A stretch of 64,000 nt of DNA from Sedimentisphaerales bacterium (GCA_963666285.1 OY762711.1); one strand, 5' to 3'. Positions 31,980 to 45,849 are shown, counted from the stretch's first letter. The notes: generated by a model from the sequence alone, not told the origin. Translations and numbers: made by a program.

Positions 31980-33368
31980 ATGACTTCTCAGACAGAACAA
32001 AATAATACTCAAACAACAAACGCTGAAACTGATAGCGAAAAATTCTTTCCTATCCCACTCAAGCATGTATCGGCACGTCAGTTAGAGAAAATCCCTATTT
32101 ACCTTTTAACTGAAAATGAATACTGCCTTTATAGTACCGATGGGCTGGGATTTAATAATGAAGACAGGCAGAGGCTGCTGGATTCTCATATTAAATATAT
32201 ATTTATCTCTGTACAGGATCACGAGCAATATTTTCAGGCAATGTCTGATGCAATGCTTGATGTTGCAAACGATACGACAATCCAGTATGAAGATAAAATT
32301 GACATGCTGCACGGAACTTCACTGGGACTGGTCAATAAACTTAGCAATGAACCACTTGATAAAATAAGTGTTGACCAGACTCTAATGCAAAGTAATTCCA
32401 GTGCTCAAATGATTATGAATGGTGTTGAATATAAGGACCTGTTTGATATGTGCAGCCAGGACCCGGAAGATGTAAAAAACCTTGTCGCAATGAGTGCTAC
32501 TATGCAGGGTTTTGCCCATAAGCTGGGGCTGACTGATAAAAATGCCTTGAGCATTATGGGAACAGGTGCAATGCTGCATGATATTGGAAAAGTATTTCTC
32601 CCTAAACATAACAGAACTATTGAACAAATACGTTCGCATGTTAAATTGGGCGTACAGCATCTTGACACTATCCCCGGTATTCCAATGGAAATTAGGAATA
32701 TTGTAGCTGAACATCACGAAAGAATTGATGGGTCTGGATACCCGTATGGGCTAAAAGGCGATGATATCTCACTCATGGGACAAATCGCCGGCCTTGTACA
32801 TACTTTTCACACATTAATAAATCAAAGTGATTATAAAAGTGAAAGGGAAAGAATTGCAGACGCATTAAATATTCTCGAAGAAAAACTATATAAGCAATTT
32901 GACAACAACATGCTCAAAAGCTTTGTTGCTTTTGTGTCTAATACTTTACTGGAAGCTGCTGAAGATAAGACAAAACTGTCGATGTTCAATGTGTCTGAAC
33001 TTGATATAGGACATCGGAGAAATAACCCCAACGGTCGCAGGCATGAGCGAATGTATTTTCGCAGCAAAGGATCTATGGAAATTCTTTTCCTGAAAAATGA
33101 AAAGTGGACAGTAAAATCAAGTCACGATATTATCATGCATAATATCTCCCAGTCAGGTATGGGGTTCATGACTTACCATAGATTACAGGAAAACGAAATT
33201 GTCCTGGCTAAACTATATGTTACGAACCAAAATGAACCTGTCTGCCTGGTTGGTAAAGTTGCCAGAATTCACGAAGTTACAAAGGACCTGTTTATAATTG
33301 GTGCTGTTTTCTTCGAAGCAAATTCCCAGGATGCAACTAAAAGGCTTTTCGAAAAGTTCAATAAGTAA
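31980..33368 (+). CDS. degenerate HD-GYP domain + C-terminal PilZ domain protein
   Basis: LHDIGK and HHERIDGSGYPYGL; C-terminal RRHER...NISQSG (RxxxR / NxSxxG). Confidence 0.8.
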   Translation: MTSQTEQNNTQTTNAETDSEKFFPIPLKHVSARQLEKIPIYLLTENEYCLYSTDGLGFNNEDRQRLLDSHIKYIFISVQDHEQYFQAMSDAMLDVANDTTIQYEDKIDMLHGTSLGLVNKLSNEPLDKISVDQTLMQSNSSAQMIMNGVEYKDLFDMCSQDPEDVKNLVAMSATMQGFAHKLGLTDKNALSIMGTGAMLHDIGKVFLPKHNRTIEQIRSHVKLGVQHLDTIPGIPMEIRNIVAEHHERIDGSGYPYGLKGDDISLMGQIAGLVHTFHTLINQSDYKSERERIADALNILEEKLYKQFDNNMLKSFVAFVSNTLLEAAEDKTKLSMFNVSELDIGHRRNNPNGRRHERMYFRSKGSMEILFLKNEKWTVKSSHDIIMHNISQSGMGFMTYHRLQENEIVLAKLYVTNQNEPVCLVGKVARIHEVTKDLFIIGAVFFEANSQDATKRLFEKFNK

Positions 33369-33548
33369 CAAAACCAACTGATATTCTATCCGCCCCTTAG
33401 AGACGGATCTTTTCAAATTCACAGATTATTAGACCTAATCCTAATGGCTTCACTGGTCCCCGCGGCAAAGAGTCCCTCTCACCTTCGGCATTATAGGACC
33501 TCTTTTGGAAACCCAGGAGAAATTTTCTTTTCTTTTTTTTCATTCTAA

Positions 33549-33576
33549 TAAATTACATACACTGAACAGCCGATTA
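33549..33576 (+). promoter_or_regulatory. candidate sigma28 promoter for the HDOD gene
   Basis: TAAA-N16-GCCGATTA. Confidence 0.45.
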
Positions 33577-33634
33577 AAAAACTGGTTGTTACATTATGAA
33601 TGATTGAGAAGAATTTTTATTAGGTTTATTTGAT

Positions 33635-34642
33635 ATGACCACAACTGAAATAAAAAATTACAGGCTGGAACTAAAAAAGCTTATTAAGAAAGGTAAAATT
33701 CCCACTCTTCCGGCTGTTGCTCAGAAATTGCTCATGCTATGCAAGGATGATACCGCTGATTTTTCTGAGTATGCTTCTGTAATTGAATCTGATCAGGGGA
33801 TGGCAACCCGTATTCTTCATGTCGCCAATTCCGCTTACTATGGTCTGCGACAAAAAGCAACAACTGTTGAACGGGCTGTATCGGCCCTTGGCCTAAAGTA
33901 CGTGCGGTCTATTGCGCTTGGCTATAACCTGCTTAATACTCTCAGCCGCTTTGAAACTAAAGGATTTAACCAGCAAAATTTCTGGAATCAGTGTCTGCTG
34001 AGAGCCGTGGTCGGTAGACAACTTGGCGCCAGGTATTGCCCAAGCCTAAAAGAAGAAGCTTTTTTGATTGGACTAATTCAAGACTCCGGTGTTCTATTAT
34101 TGCTGCAGGCAATTGGTGAACATTATGCCGCTCTTTGGAAAGACTCTTCACTCTCTCATTTTGCTATATATAATATGGAAAAGCAACTGTTTCAATTGAA
34201 CCATATTGAAGCGACTGGCTTTCTTGCCAGGGCCTGGGGGTTGCCTTCGATGCTGATCGGGCCGATCTCTATGCACCATACCAAACGGACTTTAAGCCCG
34301 GCTAAAACTTCTGAACTAAAACTCTACCAGATAGCATATTTCTCTGGTATGTTATCATTCAATAATCCAAGCGAAGTTTGCAAGGACGATCTGGAGTTAA
34401 GTATATATTGCAGAAAAGTATTTTCTCTCGATAGTACAGAACTCAAAACTTTCTTTGATGATGTAAGAGAAGAATATAGCAGCATCTATTCTATTTTTGA
34501 AGATATAATACAAAGCCCAATGAATATTGCAGATATACTGATCGAAACTAATAAGTTATTGAGCGGGCTAACTGAAGAAACCAGCAGGGTTGTTTTAGAT
34601 TTTGAATCCTCAAGTGATACTGACGACATGTTTGAAGTATAG
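33635..34642 (+). CDS. HDOD domain protein
   Basis: IPTLPAVA, DQGMATRILHVANSAYYG, AVSALG, GLIQDSG, WGLP. Confidence 0.9.
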   Translation: MTTTEIKNYRLELKKLIKKGKIPTLPAVAQKLLMLCKDDTADFSEYASVIESDQGMATRILHVANSAYYGLRQKATTVERAVSALGLKYVRSIALGYNLLNTLSRFETKGFNQQNFWNQCLLRAVVGRQLGARYCPSLKEEAFLIGLIQDSGVLLLLQAIGEHYAALWKDSSLSHFAIYNMEKQLFQLNHIEATGFLARAWGLPSMLIGPISMHHTKRTLSPAKTSELKLYQIAYFSGMLSFNNPSEVCKDDLELSIYCRKVFSLDSTELKTFFDDVREEYSSIYSIFEDIIQSPMNIADILIETNKLLSGLTEETSRVVLDFESSSDTDDMFEV

Positions 34643-34671
34643 GATTTTCTTATATTGCTGGCTGGAGTGTT

Positions 34672-36534
34672 TTATCTTTTGCCACGGCGGCTTCTGCCGG
34701 TTGTCCTGGCATTGGTTTTCTTCTCTTTTCTCTGCCTGTTAAATTCGGCATCGTGAAACTTTAATAGCTCCATTTGAGATTTCTTTTCCTGTCGCCCTCT
34801 GGCAATATGAATCTCATTCCCATGCTCGTCCAAACCGCTAACATACATTGCTGTTGCCATTGTAAGCGGAATCGGTGTAAAGTCCTGAACCTGCCTCAAC
34901 CGCCAGTTACGCCTTGTTAAATAGTCGTTCAACTTTTGAGCCTGCTTCATCGAACTGCCGGGGTGGGCACTTATAAAATATGGAACTATATATTGCTCTT
35001 TACCGGCCTTGGCAGATAGCTTGCTAAATAATTCTTCAAACTCTTTAAAAAGTTTGAACGGCGGCTTACCCATTTTCTTCAAGACACTCGGATCGATGTG
35101 TTCCGGGGCCAACTTCAAATGTCCGCCGGTAAAATGCTCTATTAGCAGCTCGGCATAACGTTTCTTGCGACTGCCCTGCTTACAGCAATGCAGCACCAGG
35201 TCATGTCGAACTCCGGAAGCTATAAACACATTTACTTTTCTGCCCTGCCTCTTCTGCCAGTCCCGTACTCTCTCCAAAAGCTCTACCGCTTTTGAATCGT
35301 CTGCACATAAATTCTTACAAGGCTCAGGAAAAATACAGCTGCTGCGGGAACATGGTTTTTCGAGTTTACATCTCATTCCATACATATTTGCTGACGGGCC
35401 GCCGATGTCCGAAATTGTCCCCCTAAAATCCGGGTGGGCTAACAGCTTATCGGCTTCTGCTAAAATCGATTCTATTGAACGAGAGCTTATTACTTTGCCC
35501 TGGTGATAATACAAAGAACAGAAATTACAGCCGCCAAAACAGCCGCGATGCGATGTTATCGAAAATTGAATTGATTGCAGTGCCGGAACGCCGCCTTTAT
35601 TATCGTAAATTGGATGCCAGCGTCTGGTGAAGTCTATACTGTATAACTCATCCATCTGTTTTTCTGATAATGGTACCGCTGGAGGATTCACTACAACCCT
35701 GCCCGGGTTCTGCTCCTGCACAACCGGCTTACCGGCCGGTTCCGCCTGGTCATGATAAAGCTTATGGCCCGTCATAAACAGTTCTCGGTTTTGATCCTGA
35801 TCCTTCGCTCCCGGCAGCTCTACCGCTCCTTCCGGAACCTTCCTGCCTTTCGTAACCGGCCATGCGGTGCCGGCAATATTTACCAGCTCCTCTATTTTCT
35901 CCCCTTCGGCCAGCCGCTTAGCTACCTCCAATATCTGCTGCTCGCCCATACCAAACACCAGCAGGTCTGCTTTGGCATCCACAACTATCGATCGTTTTAC
36001 CTTGTCCTCTATATAATCATAATGTACCAGACGCCTTAAAGACGCTTCCAGACCGCCCAGTATTATCGGCACAGCGTTGTAAGCCTCGCGGGCCCTTGCC
36101 GCATATACTGCCAGCGGCTTATCCGGGCGCAAACCATCTTCGCCGCCAGGGCTAAATACATCTTCCTTCCTGCGATGCCCCATTGATGAATAATTATTTA
36201 ACCGTGAGTCGACCGAACCACCTGTTATCCCCCAAAATAAACGCGGCTTGCCAAAACGTAAAAAATCCTTCTCGCTGCGCCAGTCCGGCTGTGCCAAAAC
36301 GGCTACCTTGTATCCATGTTTTTGCAGCCATCGGCCTATTAACGCTACGCCAAATGATGGATGATCGACATATGCATCGCCGGTCACTAAAACAATATCA
36401 ACTTCATCCCAGCCGAGAGCACGAATCTCGTTAGCTGTCATCGGCAGCGGCTCAATACCAGCAATACTTGCCTGTTTAGTGTTCTTAACAGGAAGCCTCT
36501 TCGAGTTTTTCTTTGTTCGATTTGCCCTATTCAA
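34672..36534 (-). CDS. YgiQ/UPF0313 radical SAM protein
   Basis: TGDAYVDHPSFG, HRGCFGGCNFC, DIGGPSANMY, PYFISAHPG, QVQDFTP; start uncertain. Confidence 0.92.
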   Translation of the reverse strand: MNRANRTKKNSKRLPVKNTKQASIAGIEPLPMTANEIRALGWDEVDIVLVTGDAYVDHPSFGVALIGRWLQKHGYKVAVLAQPDWRSEKDFLRFGKPRLFWGITGGSVDSRLNNYSSMGHRRKEDVFSPGGEDGLRPDKPLAVYAARAREAYNAVPIILGGLEASLRRLVHYDYIEDKVKRSIVVDAKADLLVFGMGEQQILEVAKRLAEGEKIEELVNIAGTAWPVTKGRKVPEGAVELPGAKDQDQNRELFMTGHKLYHDQAEPAGKPVVQEQNPGRVVVNPPAVPLSEKQMDELYSIDFTRRWHPIYDNKGGVPALQSIQFSITSHRGCFGGCNFCSLYYHQGKVISSRSIESILAEADKLLAHPDFRGTISDIGGPSANMYGMRCKLEKPCSRSSCIFPEPCKNLCADDSKAVELLERVRDWQKRQGRKVNVFIASGVRHDLVLHCCKQGSRKKRYAELLIEHFTGGHLKLAPEHIDPSVLKKMGKPPFKLFKEFEELFSKLSAKAGKEQYIVPYFISAHPGSSMKQAQKLNDYLTRRNWRLRQVQDFTPIPLTMATAMYVSGLDEHGNEIHIARGRQEKKSQMELLKFHDAEFNRQRKEKKTNARTTGRSRRGKR

Positions 36535-36537
36535 ATT

Positions 36538-36936
36538 TTAGCCTTCTATCACTTTCACCACACACTTACGGCTGCGAGGACCGTCAAATTCACAAAAATA
36601 TATACCCTGCCAGGTACCAAGCACCGGTTCGCCGTTTTCTATGATAACTGTTAATGATGGACCAAACAATGACGACTTAACATGTGCGTCAGAATTACCT
36701 TCACCATGCCGATATCCCAAACGCATCTGAGGTAAAAGTTCTTCCAGCGTCATTAAGATATCATGTATTACATCCGGATCAGCATTCTCATTAATTGTAA
36801 CTGCCGCCGTCGTATGTGGGACATGTATCACCGCCAGACCGGAGGATACCCCGCTGTCATCTATCGCCCGGCGAACCTCGGCAGTTATATCGATCATATC
36901 GCAACGCTTGTGTGTTTTTACTGATATTGTTTTCAT
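36538..36936 (-). CDS. yjbQ: YjbQ/UPF0047 protein
   Basis: PHTTAAVTINENADP, HGEGNSDAHVKSSL, LGTWQGIYFCEFDGPR. Confidence 0.92.
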   Translation of the reverse strand: MKTISVKTHKRCDMIDITAEVRRAIDDSGVSSGLAVIHVPHTTAAVTINENADPDVIHDILMTLEELLPQMRLGYRHGEGNSDAHVKSSLFGPSLTVIIENGEPVLGTWQGIYFCEFDGPRSRKCVVKVIEG

Positions 36937-37128
36937 TTCTATCAACCCTTATTTGTTAAATATTTGCACTGCCACTATTATAGTTTATACCTCCGTAAAA
37001 CAAAAGATCTACCTCCGCCACATTTTTTCTAATCATAACTTTATTACATAGCAGTTTCATGATACAATAGTGCCCCAAATTTGAGAACAACTACAGTAAT
37101 TACACACCCAGATAAGGAAAACTTATTA

Positions 37129-37623
37129 ATGTCAGAACCTACGGAACTAAAGGAAGTTACAATTTATACCGATGGCGGCTGTTCGCCCAACCCCGGACCT
37201 GGCGCATGGGGAGCCATATTAAGCTGCAAAGGCACAACCAAAAAATTGTCCGGCGGATACAAACTTACGACCAATAACCGCATGGAAATAATGGCTGTTA
37301 TTGAAGCTCTTAAAGCTCTAAAACAAAGATGTAAAGTTACCCTTTTTACCGACTCCCAATATGTCTTCAATTCTATTACCAAGGGATGGGCTGAAAACTG
37401 GCGCAAAAACGGCTGGCGTAAAGGGAAAAATAAACGTGAAAAAGCACTTAACCCGGACCTGTGGGGAACTCTGTTGGACCTCATCGAACAGCATGATATC
37501 GACTTTAACTGGGTTAAAGCTCATGTAGGCATTCCCGGCAACGAAGCTGTTGACCAGCTCGTTAACGATACCAGGGATGCCGGCAACCTGGCAGAAGACA
37601 CTGTGTACCTGCAAAACCAATAA
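37129..37623 (+). CDS. rnhA: ribonuclease HI
   Basis: IYTDGGC, TTNNRME, TDSQY, NPDLW, WVKAH; ATG at 37129. Confidence 0.95.
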   Translation: MSEPTELKEVTIYTDGGCSPNPGPGAWGAILSCKGTTKKLSGGYKLTTNNRMEIMAVIEALKALKQRCKVTLFTDSQYVFNSITKGWAENWRKNGWRKGKNKREKALNPDLWGTLLDLIEQHDIDFNWVKAHVGIPGNEAVDQLVNDTRDAGNLAEDTVYLQNQ

Positions 37624-37625
37624 AA

Positions 37626-38867
37626 ATGGAAACTTCCCTGGAAAACCAAAAATCTTCACCCGTCATGATTGCCCGCCTTGCTATCATGATGTTTTTGCAA
37701 TATATATCATACGGCGCGATCCTGCCTATAGTCACAAATTACATGAAGCATAACCTCCATTTCGGCGGCTCGCAAATTGGATACGTCTCTGCCGCTATGG
37801 CCATTAGTGCTTTAGCTTCTCCCTTTGTCGGCTCATTTCTGGTTGACCGTTTTATCTCTGCCGAAAGAATGTACGTAATCTGCCATAGTGTCGCTGCTAT
37901 CACAATGTTCTTTATCGGTAAGGCTACAACCTTTCCCGCCTTTTTCACTCTTTTTGTAATTTATTATGCCGCCTATGGGCCATCAATGCCTTTGTCAAAT
38001 GCTATCGCTTTCCATCATCTGCCAAACGAAAGAAATAAATACGGGTTTGTCCGGGTCTGGGGAACAATAGGTTGGGTTTTTGTGGCAATTGGTTTTAGTT
38101 ATCTCTGGCTTAGAGACCCGGTCACCAAGGAATACATACCGGAGCGACTGCCCGATTGCTTTACCCTGGCATCGATAACTTCTGTTTTTATGGCGGCATA
38201 TAGCCTGACCATGCCGAAACGAATGTGTGAACCGAAAAAAGACAAATCTATTATCCCGGTATCTGCCTTTAAGGTATTTGCTAACTATAAAATTGCGATT
38301 ATAGGATTTGCTTTCTTTATGATTTCAGCTGTTGGCAAGTACTATTATGTTGGTGCTTCTATTTACCTGGAAGACTGGGGGATTCAAAAGCCTGATATCA
38401 TGCCGCTTATGTCTATCGGTCAAATCCCGGAAATTTTTGCCATGGTCTTCCTCGGAGCGATAGTAAAAAAAATTGGTTTTAAGACTGTATTTCTGCTAGG
38501 GCTGGTAGCTGAACTGTGGCGCAATACCAGTCTTATTCTCGGCTCCAATATGTTTGTCCTTATTACCGGCCTGTTCTGCCACGGCCTGTCATACGGCCTG
38601 TTTATAACGCCGATATATATCTTCCTGGATAAAAAATGCGATAAAGATTCCCGTAGCGGTGCACACCAGTTATTCTCAATTCTTAACGGCGGATGTGCCG
38701 GGCTGGTCGGCAACCTGCTTGGCGGTCAATGTCTCGACTGGTTTGCCACTAATACCGGGATAGACTACCGATATTATTGGGCCGTTCCTTTTGTAATGAC
38801 CTTTGTCTGCTTCCTGCTTATTATGCTTGTATTCAAGCCGACAGCAGAAGAAAACAGTGTTGAATAG
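37626..38867 (+). CDS. MFS transporter, nucleoside:H+ symporter (NupG/XapB-like)
   Basis: 12-TM pattern; MMFLQY, VRVWGTIGW, SIGQIPE. Confidence 0.85.
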   Translation: METSLENQKSSPVMIARLAIMMFLQYISYGAILPIVTNYMKHNLHFGGSQIGYVSAAMAISALASPFVGSFLVDRFISAERMYVICHSVAAITMFFIGKATTFPAFFTLFVIYYAAYGPSMPLSNAIAFHHLPNERNKYGFVRVWGTIGWVFVAIGFSYLWLRDPVTKEYIPERLPDCFTLASITSVFMAAYSLTMPKRMCEPKKDKSIIPVSAFKVFANYKIAIIGFAFFMISAVGKYYYVGASIYLEDWGIQKPDIMPLMSIGQIPEIFAMVFLGAIVKKIGFKTVFLLGLVAELWRNTSLILGSNMFVLITGLFCHGLSYGLFITPIYIFLDKKCDKDSRSGAHQLFSILNGGCAGLVGNLLGGQCLDWFATNTGIDYRYYWAVPFVMTFVCFLLIMLVFKPTAEENSVE

Positions 38868-38874
38868 AAGATTT

Positions 38875-39270
38875 TCACTTTCCGATTGAACACAACACAA
38901 CATCGACAATTATAGCAACTGTCGAAAGTAAAAAGATCGCGTAATAATTTATATTCTCTTTGCTCTTGATAATTGATTTCAACAAATATAGTGCAGCCTG
39001 ACGCTGTTCACTTGTCATTTCCTGTTCTGACTCTAGTGTTTCGATCAGCTCAAAATCCTGCACCGCCCTGCGACGCTTTACCGAGATCTTATACCTGAAC
39101 AAAAAGAAAATCACATAACCAACAACACCAAAATACCAGACAGGACGCACCAGTTCCGGCGACAACTCACTCACTATTGTCAGCGAACGAAAAGCTATAT
39201 TGCACAAAAGCCCGAGTATGAAAAATCCATTAATCCATATCGGGCTTATTGTCTTTGGTAAATTACTCAT
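38875..39270 (-). CDS. small membrane protein of unknown function
   Basis: Three hydrophobic segments; start reassigned to MSNLPK. Confidence 0.65.
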   Translation of the reverse strand: MSNLPKTISPIWINGFFILGLLCNIAFRSLTIVSELSPELVRPVWYFGVVGYVIFFLFRYKISVKRRRAVQDFELIETLESEQEMTSEQRQAALYLLKSIIKSKENINYYAIFLLSTVAIIVDVVLCSIGK

Positions 39271-39395
39271 CTTCAAATTTAATCGTATTGATATTAAACC
39301 TGCATATAAATAGCGAACGTAGAACAATAAATTACTACACGAGTAAAGCGTACAAAGCAACTTTTAAACACTAGTTACTTTTTAGCTGCTTAAAA

Positions 39396-41933
<2,538 letters not shown>

Positions 41934-41981
41934 TTATTTAATTATACTATATTTAATTATTTATAGTTGGTTTCTAGTCCT

Positions 41982-42383
41982 CTAAAAATCAACTATCTTG
42001 TTTCCTTCTTCGTCTCTATGATACCAGCTGCCTCGCACAAGCTTGATCTGGAACGCTGGCAAATTCGGCTCTATCTCCAGGATACGGTCAACCAGCCCAC
42101 TTCGTACCAGCATATCAAGCTCGGCATAATAAACCTGGCTGTCCACCAGAACTTTCAAAACTCCTCGGTTCAGACTCTCTATACAACTATGCTCCTGCAA
42201 AGTCACAGGCAGAAGCTCCTGCCATGCATGTAAAATCTTGCCAAGCTTATTATACTTCTTCTTGACCTTACGCTTGAAAAAGTCTTCGGCTATCTTGCCA
42301 AGCTGCTTGTCCTTGCGGCGAAACTGACGAGCCTTGTCTAAGTTAATCTTCTGCCTTAACTTGTCATCTGTCCAGTATTCCAT
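41982..42383 (-). CDS. DUF721 / DciA-like protein
   Basis: Position between dnaN and gyrB; AWQELLP...GVLKVLVDS...EL pattern. Confidence 0.7.
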   Translation of the reverse strand: MEYWTDDKLRQKINLDKARQFRRKDKQLGKIAEDFFKRKVKKKYNKLGKILHAWQELLPVTLQEHSCIESLNRGVLKVLVDSQVYYAELDMLVRSGLVDRILEIEPNLPAFQIKLVRGSWYHRDEEGNKIVDF

Positions 42384-42465
42384 AATATTGTGGATTACCT
42401 GTGCAATTCTTACCCACAGCCCCAATGAAGCTACGAAGCCGGAATCCTAAACTTTATATTTTTGC

Positions 42466-43569
42466 TTAAAGTGCAACAGGCATAATCACGTATAAAAAAT
42501 CTGTTCCTATCTTTATTACACCTGGCTTGTTCGCATCCTGCATTTCTAGCGAGATCAGCTCAACCCCGGCATTCTTCAGAACATCTAAAATATAATATGG
42601 ATTAAAGCCCATCTTCAGTTCCGGACCATCATAATCTATTTCCATATTAAATTCCGCATCACCAGCTTCCGGCGTGCTGCTTGTCAGTTCAAGACGCCCC
42701 TTGGTAAACTCCAATGCCATCCCCCTGGTAGTGTCATTTGTCATCGTCGCTACCTGGCGGATACCGCTGGCGAATTCGCCAACATTAATCTCGGCTTTCT
42801 TGTCACAGCCACTCGGGATAACATCTGAATAACGTGGAAAACGACCTTGTACCAGGTTGCTGCTTAGCTTGATACGGTCAGTACTGAATATTACCTTATT
42901 ATCCTCCAGGACAACCTTAACCTTCTCCTCAGGCTTGTCCAGGACCTTTTCCAAAACCTGCATCGCTGCTACCGGCACAATAACCGACTTCTCGCTCTCT
43001 ATCGATGAGATCAGCTTACCCTCTATCTTCGCCAAACGCCGGCCATCTGTCGCCACCATCAGCAGATCTTTACCCTTAAGCTCCCACAGAATGCCATTCA
43101 GGGCATAACGACTGCTCTCCTTTGCGGCAGCAAAAGAAGTCATCTTGATCATTCGCTTCAAAACTGCTGCTTCTATTTCATTGCTCTCGTCCGATAATTC
43201 TACTTCCACTGCTGGAAACTGCTCGGCGTCATCGCCATAAATATCGAACTTGCTCTTATTCTTACCTCTTATCAAACAGATATTACCCTGCCAGCTAAGC
43301 TCCAGGTTCTCTTCACTGCATTCAAATAGGATAGAAGCTGTTCGTGCGGCAGGTATTACCATCTCACCTCCCTGCTCAACCTGGACCTGCTCAACCTTAC
43401 AGTTCAGCGTCATCTCGTTGTCTGTCGCCGAAACTGTTAAAGTCTGCTCCTCCTGGTCGGCAGTAAATAATGCACAACTTAAGATTGGTTTGGTTGATCG
43501 TGCTGGTACGATTGAACTTGCAAGCTGTACCGCTTCATGCAATGCTGCTCTGTTGCACTTCAATTTCAT
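42466..43569 (-). CDS. dnaN: DNA polymerase III beta clamp
   Basis: KPILSC, SATDNE, RYALNG, VATDGRRLA, GRFPRY, FNPYY, YVIMPV. Confidence 0.97.
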   Translation of the reverse strand: MKLKCNRAALHEAVQLASSIVPARSTKPILSCALFTADQEEQTLTVSATDNEMTLNCKVEQVQVEQGGEMVIPAARTASILFECSEENLELSWQGNICLIRGKNKSKFDIYGDDAEQFPAVEVELSDESNEIEAAVLKRMIKMTSFAAAKESSRYALNGILWELKGKDLLMVATDGRRLAKIEGKLISSIESEKSVIVPVAAMQVLEKVLDKPEEKVKVVLEDNKVIFSTDRIKLSSNLVQGRFPRYSDVIPSGCDKKAEINVGEFASGIRQVATMTNDTTRGMALEFTKGRLELTSSTPEAGDAEFNMEIDYDGPELKMGFNPYYILDVLKNAGVELISLEMQDANKPGVIKIGTDFLYVIMPVAL

Positions 43570-44028
43570 AAGATCACCTCTATCGTTTCTTATCCTGTAA
43601 TAAGTATGGCTTTCAAGCTTCCCCTATTACCTTACTTAACTTTTATAATAGCTTTTACTATTATTACGTTCTTTTCTCTTGCTTTATAATTATTATACAG
43701 GCACAAATACCTGTCCGCTCAATCAGGCAAAGGTACTACCTTTTCCTGCTGTAAACACTGATTCCAATACTAATATCAATTATTATACTGGAATTCATCT
43801 TGTTTCTATTAACTTTTAGTTTGCTGATTTTTCTTTAGGAAGTACATTCCAGCTTTCATTGAATATTCATATATTCGCAAGCATATCATTATAATATGAT
43901 TACACAATTTTCACAATAAGCCAAATTTAACTTCTGTATATATTTTTATTATACATATCTTGCAGCTCCCCACCATTACCTCCTTAACTGAATTTTACTT
44001 TCAGGCAAACCGTGAATCTGTCTGTTAC

Positions 44029-45849
44029 TTAATATAATTAATTAACTATATATATAATTTATTAATATTAGTAATATACCCTGTGAGATATGTTACTTTT
44101 TTAATCGCTATATTATAACCTGTTTTAAGCAGGAAGTTTAGCAAAAAAAAAGCATTGTGGAAAAACTGTTTGATTAGCAGTGATTAATCTTCGATATCAA
44201 TGTTAATAATTACTTCAGACCTGAAGTTTTCCACAATTTCAGCATTGCTGTTTGTATTAATCGCAGGCAAATAACAAGTTTTCCACAATAAATAACAGCC
44301 ATTAATAACACTGTTAGGCGTTATTGCTATTGACAGGGTCTTTCTATTTCTCAAGGGCCGTCCAGATGAAGAAAATTATCCCCAGGTTTTCCCCAATTTA
44401 CTGTATGGCAAAACGATGTGTATTTTTATAGGACTAAAGCGTAAGTCATCTGCTGCAAAACAGTTCGAGTCAGTCCATTTCTACATAATTATATGTAACT
44501 AGTCTTCTTATTTGGCAATTTTATTCGAATTTTCAAATAAATTGTTTAATAGCCTTATTTCTTGAAATTAATTTTTCATAATAGACATTTATACTTCTAT
44601 CCAGTCGTGATTTTTTCTATCTTTAAATCAATGTTTTGTGAATTCCTATAAAACATTATATGCAGGATACACTTTTCTAGTAGAAATACCTCACGAAAAA
44701 TTTTACTTCTAATTTCTTTCTATCAACTAATGCGTTGACATATATTTGTTAGTCCTATAACTAATATGTTAATAAGTTGTGCAAAAAGTGTACAATTTGT
44801 TAGTCTTTTTAATATAAATTATTTCAAAATAGGTACTTATGAATTGTTAATAAATACCGCAATCATGTTTATTGTCTGATTTTATGCCTCGTATTATTAA
44901 GATTATCTATATTATCTAGAAAGAAATGCAGCTTATAGGACTTTCGGCTGACTTTGTTATCATGGCTTTTCAACATGTTATGCACAATAAATGTTAATAA
45001 CTTTTGATTTATACCCATCACTGTTAAAAATTCCATTCAATTATGGTATTTTATTATCATCATCATTGCCTTCTGCGATTAGATCAAGTCAAGCATTCTA
45101 TAAAAACTTTAGCTTGGTGAATTTGATAATAATGATTTTAACGCAGCTATTTCAAATCGGTGGTTCTTTACTTTTTCATTCGGATCAACATGTTAAATAG
45201 ATATGATTTCGTATCTGATGTTATACCAAAATAGATTATATTTATTGACAATATAACCTGCTTTTATCTGATCCAATATATTGCCCGGGAGTTTGTAATT
45301 GAGAGCTGGTTGCAGAACAATTTTATCAGATTTGCATTGTCAGGCTTTATTATTTCGAGACTTCTTAAGTTGTAGTTATTGTCGAAATGGTTTGTGAGGC
45401 ATAATTTTGACATTATGATCCTCTTACCGAAGGCAGGCACACAATGTTTTACTGATACATCTATCCTTATTGCTTCTAAGAATCCGGCTTACTTCTCTAT
45501 GTTTTATAAAATATAGCAAGCCAGGTTTTGTTCATTTATGACCACAAGTGACATTTATTATGAGACTTTATGCCCAATTATAATAAATCTTCAATATGGA
45601 GATAAAGCCATCAATGCCTGTATAACATGCAATTATTTGACAAAGTAAGGTTTGGCCCGGCATAAATGTATTAGTTGGGGCCTAATGTTGCTGGAAAGGT
45701 GAACTACTTTCTATATTAAACTAATATATTTTATTCCAGAACTTGTTTAAGGTAAAGGCTTGCATATGCTATATAAAGGGCATAGATTATAAGTTTGATT
45801 CTTTTTTAAACATCTCTCCTAACTTGAATAAATGTTCATTTGTGGATAA
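44029..45849. other. probable oriC (AT-rich DUE, DnaA-trios, DnaA boxes)
   Basis: Boxes at 44156, 44227, 44279, 44376, 44387, 44778, 44978 and 45841; AT-rich tract 44029-44078; lies upstream of dnaN and next to parS/parB; gene orientation and C/G skew appear to flip here. Confidence 0.8.

Noticed and set aside
44745..44775. dif site (TAGTCCTATAA-CTA-ATATGTTAATA)
   Set aside because: Spacer is 3 bp instead of 6 and the location is origin-proximal; kept only as a half-site motif.
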